A stretch of 64,000 nt of DNA, taken from IMG/VR virus record IMGVR_UViG_3300009370_000003; one strand, 5' to 3'. The translations under genes and the position numbers were made by a program. The notes below the pieces were generated by a model, which saw nothing but the letters and a program-made list of their open reading frames with translations, was not told where the DNA came from and did no database searches. Origin of the DNA: a virus. Of this stretch, positions 18,846-27,600 are shown in pieces (the first letter of the stretch is position 1; every line of letters begins with the position of its first letter).

Positions 18846-20282
18846 TTAAAATGTTCCACCATCTATTCCAGTTATAGTGACAGCACCCGAAGTAACCGTG
18901 AAGTTAGCACTTGCAAATGAGGCTATACCTTTATTTGCAGTTGTTGCGTCTTCTCCAGCGATTGTGATACTTCCGTCTGCATTTGTCACATCGATACCTT
19001 CACCAGCAGTTAGGGTTGCAGCTGCAAAGTCATTATTTGTTCCATGACCTATAAGCAACTGACCTGCTGTTGGAGCAGACCCGTCTACGCTTGTGATTGA
19101 ACCTGAAAGTGCAAGACCACTTGCCTCAACTCCACCGAAGACAGCATTTAATGCTGTTCCTGAGAATGTTGAAGAAGAGTCAGTTGCAAGTCCTAATGCA
19201 ACAAACTTTTGAGTTGAATCATCATATCCGAAGAATCCGACTCTAGCAGAACCGTCATTGTATTTAAATTTAATACCACGGTCTAAGTTATCGTCTGAAC
19301 TATCGGCACCAATTTCGAATACTGGGTCAGCAATAGAAACAGTAGTAGAGTTAACTGTAGTAGTTGTTCCACTAACTGTCAAGTTTCCAGCAATAGTCAC
19401 ATTATCGGGTAAACCGATTGTAACTGTATTACCTGAGGCAGCAGTTGTCACCTCGTTTGCTGTTCCAGCAAATACCATTGTTTCTGAATCTAAGTCGATA
19501 GATAACGCACCACCTGTATCAGCTTGGAAATCCAAGTCTGAACCAGTTAATTGTGTGTCTACATAGTCCTTAACAGCTGCAGAAGTAGGTAAAGTAGTAT
19601 CGTTATCGTTACCCGCAATACCTTCTGATTCTAAAACTAGAACTGCATCAGCGATTTTATCTAGTGTGACAGCATCAGCTGCTATCATACTATTTTCTAC
19701 TGCAGTTGCAGCAATCGTTAATGCACCAGTTGACGCAATAGTTGCATCTCCTGATATGGTTTTGTTATCCCAACTGTTAGACCCATCATAGATTAGCACC
19801 TGTCCTGACGCTGCGCCAGAGATGCTAGTGTCGGTTGCACCCGCCACCGTTGATGTTGTTGATGCGAAACTTAAGTTTCCACTACCGTCAGTCTGTATGA
19901 CTTGGGTATTAGTTCCATCTGAACTTGGTAAAGTCCATGTGATACTTGAACCTAATGCATTTGCAGCCTTAAGACCAACAAAGTTAGAACCGTTATCGGT
20001 ATCTTCCATTAGTTTCAGTGTTCCACCTGTGGAAGCACTATTACCGACTAAGAAGTCGGCAGGAGTTGCACTTGAACCAGCAAGCATATCCGTATAATAC
20101 TTACCACCAATCGCTTGGATTAATGGTGTAGTGTTATTAGAATCTACTGACTCAATGTAAAGTTTTGCCCCAGCACCACTATTCGATCTATCTTGCACAT
20201 ATGCCAATTCACCTTCAGCAAGATCACTTACCGTTGGCGCACTGACTCCTGTGCTTCGTTTGATTTGAATTACTGTTGACAT
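18846..20282 (-). CDS. Tail fibre-like protein
   Basis: IQIKRSTG...[46 protein letters not shown] and C-terminal IDGGTF. Confidence 0.75.
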   Translation of the reverse strand: MSTVIQIKRSTGVSAPTVSDLAEGELAYVQDRSNSGAGAKLYIESVDSNNTTPLIQAIGGKYYTDMLAGSSATPADFLVGNSASTGGTLKLMEDTDNGSNFVGLKAANALGSSITWTLPSSDGTNTQVIQTDGSGNLSFASTTSTVAGATDTSISGAASGQVLIYDGSNSWDNKTISGDATIASTGALTIAATAVENSMIAADAVTLDKIADAVLVLESEGIAGNDNDTTLPTSAAVKDYVDTQLTGSDLDFQADTGGALSIDLDSETMVFAGTANEVTTAASGNTVTIGLPDNVTIAGNLTVSGTTTTVNSTTVSIADPVFEIGADSSDDNLDRGIKFKYNDGSARVGFFGYDDSTQKFVALGLATDSSSTFSGTALNAVFGGVEASGLALSGSITSVDGSAPTAGQLLIGHGTNNDFAAATLTAGEGIDVTNADGSITIAGEDATTANKGIASFASANFTVTSGAVTITGIDGGTF

Positions 20283-20428
20283 TTTTTATTCCTCCTAGGA
20301 ATATTTTATCGTTATAGTTAAATTTTCGTTTCACTATCCACGAAAGATACATTATAAAACTGTCCACTCACAATGTGGGTCGTGACTCACTGGAATGTCA
20401 CCTTGATTTGATATAAGTATTTAGACAA

Positions 20429-20836
20429 TCAGAATCGTCTATAGGGTATAATTGGAATATAAATTCCTAGTCCAATTCCTTCATTTTGTATAACTGGGTA
20501 TATTGATACCACTTGAAGAGCTCTTAGTGTGAATTGTCTTTCTCTTTGGTTCAGTCTCTTGTCTAGCATGTTGTAGATCATATAATTCATTCCCAATTTT
20601 ATAGCAATTACTTCCCCTTTCTTTGGGTGAGTTCCAACTAATTGATTTGTTTCGTAATAGGGACAGTGTGGATTTCGGTCTTGACATTCGATTAATGCGA
20701 AAGTCTGCATTACATCAATAGTCTGTAAAGTTATAAAAGATTTGTAGAGACGCTGGTCTTGAGTCGACCAATCGTCTAGGGCAGCGTTACATGTACCAGC
20801 AGCGGTTAATAGTAAGAATGTAATTAACCACTTCAT
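20429..20836 (-). CDS. Hypothetical exported or membrane protein
   Basis: Signal peptide-like MKWLITFLLLTAAGTCNA. Confidence 0.6.
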   Translation of the reverse strand: MKWLITFLLLTAAGTCNAALDDWSTQDQRLYKSFITLQTIDVMQTFALIECQDRNPHCPYYETNQLVGTHPKKGEVIAIKLGMNYMIYNMLDKRLNQRERQFTLRALQVVSIYPVIQNEGIGLGIYIPIIPYRRF

Positions 20837-20843
20837 TCATATT

Positions 20844-21062
20844 TTAGAATGTTCCACCGTCAAGTACAGTTTTTGTCACCCACTTATCTGTCGCTTGATC
20901 GTAAGAGAGTAGACCGTTATCTGTTTCTGTAGCATTAACATCTAACAATTCATTGATTGATTTACTACTTAAATCTGTAGTTAAAGTTCCGCTGTTTCCA
21001 ATCGCAACCTGTTTTGCTCTGATTTGATTTCCTTGTAGAACTCTTGCTTTAATACTTGCCAT
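20844..21062 (-). CDS. Small structural adaptor protein
   Basis: INELLDV....NGLLSYD..TDKW and C-terminal LDGGTF. Confidence 0.6.
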   Translation of the reverse strand: MASIKARVLQGNQIRAKQVAIGNSGTLTTDLSSKSINELLDVNATETDNGLLSYDQATDKWVTKTVLDGGTF

Positions 21063-21064
21063 AA

Positions 21065-21397
21065 TTACCTCGTTACGCCTGGCGTTAAGATTGCTTGTCC
21101 TTCAACAACCCTAGTTGTTTCTGAAGCAGCACTTGTTATATTTAGGTCATAGACATACCTACCCGCCTCTAAAGCAGTTGTTTGAGTATCCGTAAGTGAC
21201 ATTTTCACTTTACCCGTCGCAGCTGTTATAACGCATGTAAAGGTTGCAGATATAGAAGTAGACCCATAAGTCTTTCTTATTTGGGCAGCTGCAGTGTATC
21301 CAGTGAGGTCTAAAACTTCTCCTGCGACATCTGTGCAGTCTACTTCAATAGAATAATCTGTTCCTTGGTCGATATAAAGATTTGCTATGATTGCCAT
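21065..21397 (-). CDS. Virion structural protein (BppU-N-like Ig fold)
   Basis: NLYIDQGTDY, LDLTGYTAAAQIRK, GRYVYDL, RVVEG....TPGVT; this pattern is common in marine T4-like phages. Confidence 0.75.
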   Translation of the reverse strand: MAIIANLYIDQGTDYSIEVDCTDVAGEVLDLTGYTAAAQIRKTYGSTSISATFTCVITAATGKVKMSLTDTQTTALEAGRYVYDLNITSAASETTRVVEGQAILTPGVTR

Positions 21398-21414
21398 ACA
21401 ACTATTTATCTATT

Positions 21415-23250
21415 TTATGATTTAGAATACTGTGCAGTAGGAACTTCTTGGTGTATTTTAGCTACAGCCTGTGTGCTGGGGTTGTGAACATAAACCTGTT
21501 TTACCTTAGTTGCCGTTGACTGCCCACTCTCATTAACAAATACACCTTTCACTTTTGCAAGAGGGCCAATTGGTCTTGTAGTTGAATAAGGCGTTTGATA
21601 TGGAAACGGTGACCTATGGTCATAGTTAAGTTGATATTGATGCTGGTAAGTAGTCGGTTGCCTATGTTGTGCCTGAAATGGTTGTTGAGCATTTACTGGG
21701 TGACCATATGTAAACGGAGACCTATATTGATAAGTATTCGGTTGTCTTGCTTGTGCAGTATATGGATAGGTTTGTTGTGTGTCCCTACTATTTTGTGCGT
21801 CTGAAATAAACGGACTTTGATAAGTAAACGGACTTTGAACTTGGTATATAATCGGAGTTTGACCTGTCCTTTGATAAGTAAACGGACTTCTATGGTCGTA
21901 AGTATTCGGTTGTCTTGCTTGTCCTTGGTAAGTGCCCGGCTGTCTCGCATTTGCAATATATGGATACGGTTGTCTTGCAACTCCAATATACGGTGATCTA
22001 TGGTCATAAGTATAAGGACTTCTATGGTCGTAAGTAGTAGGACTTCTGTGGTCGTAAGTATACGGTGACCTATGGTCATATATTACTGGTTGTCTTGAAT
22101 CTCTAATATTAGGTTCTTGAATATTTCTTATGTTTGGCTCTTGACCTTGTGCTATCACCTGATTCGTAAAAGGTTGAAATGCAATATATGGTGTATCACT
22201 TTGTGCTACTGACGGGTTCGCAGCTTGTGTTGGTTGATTTGTAACTTGGAATATATAAGGTGACTGCAATGGTGGCACGCCCGGCTCTCCGTCTGGAATC
22301 GGAGTCCGACCTATTGCTGGCCCACTATATTGGAAGGTGTAAGGAGTTTGAACCTGATACGCATTTTGATATTGTGCTTGATAAAATCCACCTTGTGCAG
22401 TGCTTGGAGCTCGGGATGGTACATTCCTAGTTCTTATGTTAGGTTCTTGATTGGACATAACATAACTCTCTTCCACCAACTCACCTCCACCCCAGCCCGG
22501 CCCAGTCCAACCACCAAAAGGTATATAGGCTGGGTTAGTCTGATAAGTAAATGGACTTCTATATTGATATGGTTGTTGAACAATAGACGGAGTTTGAATA
22601 TTTACTGGACTCGGTTGCTGAGCAGTGTAAGGAAATGGACTTCTATATTGGTAAGTATAAGGACTTCTATGATCGTAAGTAAATGGACTCTGTTTACTTC
22701 TTTGATTAGGTTCTTGAATGTTCCTGATATTAGGTTCTTGTTGGTTCCTGATATTAGGTTGTTGAATATCTCTTATGTTTGGCTCTTGTAAATTACTATT
22801 CGGAATAGCTAATTGACCTGTTCTTTGATAGGTAAATGGAGTCTGACTAATCGCAGGAAATGTAAATGGAGTCTGACTATTTCTTATATTAGGTTCTCGG
22901 CCAGTTGCAATATAAGGATAGGGCTGTTGTTTGTTCTTAGCATTATTTTCTTGTGCGCTTACAGGTTGTCTACTTTGATATTCAGTCGGGTGTTGATATA
23001 TAACTGGTGTTCGACCTGTTCTTTGATAGGTAAATGGAGTCTGACTATTTCTTATATTAGGTTCTCGACCCTGAACTATGTTTTGATATGTAAACGGTGA
23101 TTGTTCTGCATTCGTAAATGGATTTTGCCTATTTGCAATAGTTGGCACAGCTTTCTGTCGAGAGACAGGTTGCTGTCCTTGTGCAATTACTTGTCCTTGG
23201 TAAGGTTGTTGAAACTCCGACCCAGTGTTTATATAGATATCGTCAGCCAT
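21415..23250 (-). CDS. Proline-punctuated repeat protein C (611 aa), internally palindromic
   Basis: Same repeat vocabulary as A and B. Arms at aa 16-204 and 372-559 flank a less regular centre. Confidence 0.85.
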   Translation of the reverse strand: MADDIYINTGSEFQQPYQGQVIAQGQQPVSRQKAVPTIANRQNPFTNAEQSPFTYQNIVQGREPNIRNSQTPFTYQRTGRTPVIYQHPTEYQSRQPVSAQENNAKNKQQPYPYIATGREPNIRNSQTPFTFPAISQTPFTYQRTGQLAIPNSNLQEPNIRDIQQPNIRNQQEPNIRNIQEPNQRSKQSPFTYDHRSPYTYQYRSPFPYTAQQPSPVNIQTPSIVQQPYQYRSPFTYQTNPAYIPFGGWTGPGWGGGELVEESYVMSNQEPNIRTRNVPSRAPSTAQGGFYQAQYQNAYQVQTPYTFQYSGPAIGRTPIPDGEPGVPPLQSPYIFQVTNQPTQAANPSVAQSDTPYIAFQPFTNQVIAQGQEPNIRNIQEPNIRDSRQPVIYDHRSPYTYDHRSPTTYDHRSPYTYDHRSPYIGVARQPYPYIANARQPGTYQGQARQPNTYDHRSPFTYQRTGQTPIIYQVQSPFTYQSPFISDAQNSRDTQQTYPYTAQARQPNTYQYRSPFTYGHPVNAQQPFQAQHRQPTTYQHQYQLNYDHRSPFPYQTPYSTTRPIGPLAKVKGVFVNESGQSTATKVKQVYVHNPSTQAVAKIHQEVPTAQYSKS

Positions 23251-23251
23251 A

Positions 23252-24478
23252 TCATACTACAAACCATAAGTGACCTACAGCTGAAGAACCAACTGAGCCT
23301 GGCGCAGTAGATACTATCTCATAATCAAGTTCAACATTTCCACTATTGATTTCTATCCCCTTTGAAGTGTTTACAACGAAATCTAATTGACCATTCGGGT
23401 CATCATAAGTTACAGTGATACCAGTTTCGGTATTGCCTGAAACCATACCTCCAACGATGTCTTCTATTTCTTCTTGAGTCTTCTGAGCAACTCCAGTAAA
23501 ACTAAAACTATTTGCATTATCATCATATGATATTGAAATATTAGTGTGAGTTCCAGCCGAGAATGCATCATTCAATGCGTCTTGTGCATTTTCATTTGTA
23601 TAAGTTGCAGCTGCATCATCATTTTCCCACTTACTGGTTGTCGAATTATAAACTAAAACTTGACCATTCGCAGGGCTAGAGGTTGTGACATCACTCAAAC
23701 CACCAACCGAATGACCTGATATAGAATTTGTTGTTGATGAAGTTGTTGCATTACCAACAAAGTTTGTTGAAGTTATAGAACTAAATCCTGTTCCTACACC
23801 ACCTGTAATAGTTGCTGTTCCATCAGTAAGTGTTGGTGCAGTTAATGTTTTACCTGAAGCAAGTGTCATATTGTCTTCTACAAAAACATTACCATTTGCT
23901 AACTGGATTGTATAACCCGACTCTAGTAAGACTGTTCTTCCTGTACTAGACCCATTTAAAATAACTCCATCAGTGTTAACATTATAAATTGTATTTGCAG
24001 CTGTTTCTACAAAGTGACCTCCAGCAGCTCCTCCAACACCACCAGCATCTCCTAGGACTGAACCAGTGAATGCATAAACTGTAAGAATATCATTTACTGC
24101 AGCTGCATTTTGTAAAGTTATTTTAGTCCATTTACCAGCAACTGCTGTGGCTGGGTTGTAATCTGTTCCTTCTACTAAATGTTTTGAAGTTCCAGCCGAA
24201 TGGTCATTTAAGAATACCTGATATCTGCCCGGCATAAGTTCTAAGGTATTAAGATTTGAATCTTCACCAGTGAAATCTGTCTGTCCAGCAGTTGCTACAT
24301 ATTCAAATGTTTGGAAGTAAAAAGTCTTAGCTTCTAATTCATTAATTGCATCTACTAGATTATTATCGTTAGATATACTTCCCGCAAGTCCAGCAATAGT
24401 TCCGACATCATTTGCGAGGTCGTTATGAGTGCTTCTAAACTCTTCTATAGTTTGATTTCTGTCTACTGTTCTAGCCAT
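23252..24478 (-). CDS. Fibre / stalk-like structural protein
   Basis: N-terminal TIEEFR..HN, YVATAGQTDF, repeated E..QD.....GT.T.I..SYDD units and C-terminal STAPGSVGSSAVGHLWFVV. Confidence 0.7.
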   Translation of the reverse strand: MARTVDRNQTIEEFRSTHNDLANDVGTIAGLAGSISNDNNLVDAINELEAKTFYFQTFEYVATAGQTDFTGEDSNLNTLELMPGRYQVFLNDHSAGTSKHLVEGTDYNPATAVAGKWTKITLQNAAAVNDILTVYAFTGSVLGDAGGVGGAAGGHFVETAANTIYNVNTDGVILNGSSTGRTVLLESGYTIQLANGNVFVEDNMTLASGKTLTAPTLTDGTATITGGVGTGFSSITSTNFVGNATTSSTTNSISGHSVGGLSDVTTSSPANGQVLVYNSTTSKWENDDAAATYTNENAQDALNDAFSAGTHTNISISYDDNANSFSFTGVAQKTQEEIEDIVGGMVSGNTETGITVTYDDPNGQLDFVVNTSKGIEINSGNVELDYEIVSTAPGSVGSSAVGHLWFVV

Positions 24479-24692
24479 CTTTGTTAATTAGTTCCTTTAA
24501 TAATGTTTTTATCTCACTCATATCATTCTTTAAACTATTTATTTCATCTTTCTGTGTTCTTAGCATTTGCCTTCGTTTCATAGTAAGTCTATATTGTTTA
24601 ACATCAGTATTAATTATAGCATGAGATTCTTCGTCTCTTACTAAGTTTGCATGACCTTCTACTTTAATACCCATTATGCAAGTGCCATACAT
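24471..24692 (-). CDS. Small conserved hypothetical protein
   Basis: KVEGHANLVRD..S.AIINTD plus a coiled coil. The true start is probably the second Met. Confidence 0.65.
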   Translation of the reverse strand: MYGTCIMGIKVEGHANLVRDEESHAIINTDVKQYRLTMKRRQMLRTQKDEINSLKNDMSEIKTLLKELINKDG

Positions 24693-27600
24693 CTAAGTGC
24701 AGATACCGATGGAACAACACATGTGTTATTCCCTTGACCTACAATTTTAACTACAAATGAACTAAATTCGGGTAAGTCCTCTGCAGTATATTCGTATTCT
24801 TTAAAATTCTTTTGGTCTACCTCGATTGCTTTATCGGGAGCTCCAGTTGTATTAAAATATTCAAATCCAATATCATCTAATGGAGTTGATTCATCTGCTT
24901 TAATAATTTTATACATGAACTTAAGTTCAGTATTTGGTGGTCTAAAGTTATCTGCAATAACCTTTAGGGTCGTAGCAGGTGTTTTAAGGTTGACTTTCCT
25001 TGTCACATACACCATTGCATTGTTATCACCTTCGGGTTCCGTAGAGGCCGAATATGTGACTCCTGTGGGTACATCTGCACTACTATCTATAGTGTTTAGT
25101 CTATTTCCTATTGCAAGACACCCTATTGTTCCTACATCGATTACTGGTGAAATTGTATTATTCAATGAATACATTTGCAATAATAATCTGAATGACCTTA
25201 CACTTGACATTTCGTTGTCTTCATTAATTTTTGAAGCAACGATGCCTGGCGAATCTAAGAAAGAGTTGTCATTTAATGTTATAAAATTGTTTTCTGACCT
25301 TCTAGTATATGCAGTATCTCCAGTTGCAATATGTCCCTCGGGAGCTTTCATTGCAGTTGATTCTGTGCTTGCAATAATTTTTGAACTACCTACTTGTGTT
25401 GAAGGTATCATTGTATGCAAACAATCGAAGTAATAGTTTCTAGAAGAAGTGACTTCTTCACCACCACCTGTTGTTGATTCTAATGCAGTATATCCACTTA
25501 CAAACTTATTAGCTGCAATATAACTTGACATATCGACTGCAACATTGAATGAGTCAATACCCATATCTGATACTCCAGTATAAGTTATTGTGCTTGCACC
25601 ACCGATTGCGTCTACTGGAAGACCACCTAGGGTCTCACCAATAGTTTTAACATTAACTGTTAAGTCAACTGAGCCACTTCCGTCTGTTGCATGGTCAAAG
25701 TCTTGGAAGGTAATAGTGTTCCCAACTGCATGACCTTGGCCGGGGTCTTCGATTTCTATACTAGAAATAGCATTACTTGCTATTACAACTTTAAGTTTTA
25801 ATCCTGACCCAGTTCCATTTGTCAAATCTTGAGCCCTTGCAGTATATGTTCCGTTAGTTGCAGTTCCACTTCCTAGAGCTGCACTCTCTACTTCTAATAC
25901 AGAACCTAGTCTATCTCCAACTATACCTTTTACTTGAACATTTGAACCTGTATCATAATGTCCGTGCATATAACTTGAAATTTTTACTGTATTACTACCT
26001 AGAGTTGTTTGTATTGGGTTCTTAGCAAGTTTTGATAATTCTAAGTCACCATTTTCGAAGTATAAACTTGCGACTTTCGAAGTATCAAAGTTTGCTACCT
26101 TCATGGTGAACTTCATATCATCTGTTTGTTCTGCTGTCCAAGTTGAAGCATTCTGTGATAAGAATAAGGAACCAGCATATGGTTGTCCTGAAATTTGTTG
26201 TGAAGATATTATATCTGTTTCTCCCATTCTTGATATCCAACATTCGTATTCGTTTGAGTTGGAGTATACAACTAATGCATATTCTTTCTTCTCTTCAACC
26301 ATTACTGGTGAATCAAAAGTAAATGTTGTTGCAGTCGCCCCGTCTGATGATATATTGACATCTGCTGGGTTCTTAGTTACTGTAGAGAATGGTAATACTG
26401 TTTGAGCAGGATATCCATTAACCATTGTTCTTATTTCAACTGACACTGGCATATGTGTATCTTTTGCTTGGAAGTATACATCAACCGAAGTTAACATCAT
26501 TCCACCTGCTGCTTCCACTAAGAATGATTGTGCAAGTGGGTCTGCCCAACCTCTTTCCAAGAATGAGCCTGGCCCAATCCAAAAATCCTCTATATTTGGT
26601 TCAAAACTCGCGATTGGTGGTATCACAACCACTGGAGGCGGTACTGGGAATGTAATAACTGGAGGGTCAAAGAGTATAGGCGGTGCAGGCGGTACTGCTA
26701 TCACTTCTGGCGGTAAAGGAATTACTACTGGCGTATCGTCAATCACTACAGTGATAGGGTCAGGTTGAGGATCAGCTATTGGTGTTGGTATTGGTATAGG
26801 AGTTGTATCCACTGGAATATCAGGTGCTACTGTATCAGAAGGAGACATATTTATTCTCTCACCCCTTCTTGTTTGTGACCTTTCCCCTTCTGTTAATTGA
26901 GATATAACTCTACCATTTCTTGTAGAAGTAATTTCTGTTTGTGAACTTGCCATTAGACCTTGAGCTTGATATACTGCAGAGCCCATACTTGGTGGATTAC
27001 TTAAGTTATAAAAACTAGAAGTAAGTTTCAGTTCTCTCATTCCTACTGGGAATGCTTGTATATCGGTATTTGGTAATTCAAAATATCCTCTTAATCGACC
27101 ATTACCGTCTGACTTAAGACCATCTGCTACAGTTGTAGTGGTGTTTGTAGAATAAGTTGCACTAAAAGGTCTTACATAATTGTCCACTCTAATTCCGTCA
27201 AAGAAGAAGAAGTGGTTTGTGTTTGGTTTTAAGTTAGTTGCATCAATCTCAATAGTCCTTGCTCTCATAAATGGAATCAATGTGACCGCTACAACTCTAT
27301 CGTTTCTTGTTTCTACAAAGTCTTCTACTACAGAAGTTGTTAGACCTGTTCTTGTTTGAATTTCAGGGGTTTCTGTAATCTCTCTTGTAACTGTTTCTCC
27401 AGCTAACCATGTTCCACCTTGAGTTGGGTCTCCAGCCCATTGACCACTAGAAGTTGATTGAACTTCTGTAGATACTGTAGCGGGTTCTCCAACCCATGAA
27501 GTTTGCCATGAGTTCCATACAGTTCCTAGAGAGTTTCCTACATCAGCCATAACTGCATCATAGTTTCCTTCCCTGTTAACTCTTACATCAGGAAGTCTCT

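Noticed and set aside
17992-20282. Diversity-generating retroelement suggested by the Mtd_N-like domains
   Set aside because: No reverse transcriptase and no adenine-variant TR/VR pair seen in the window.
13589-23250. Repeat proteins as multi-core RiPP precursors
   Set aside because: No leader or protease logic is visible, the genes sit among fibre genes, and cleaved cores would not need mirror-exact register. Disfavoured rather than excluded.
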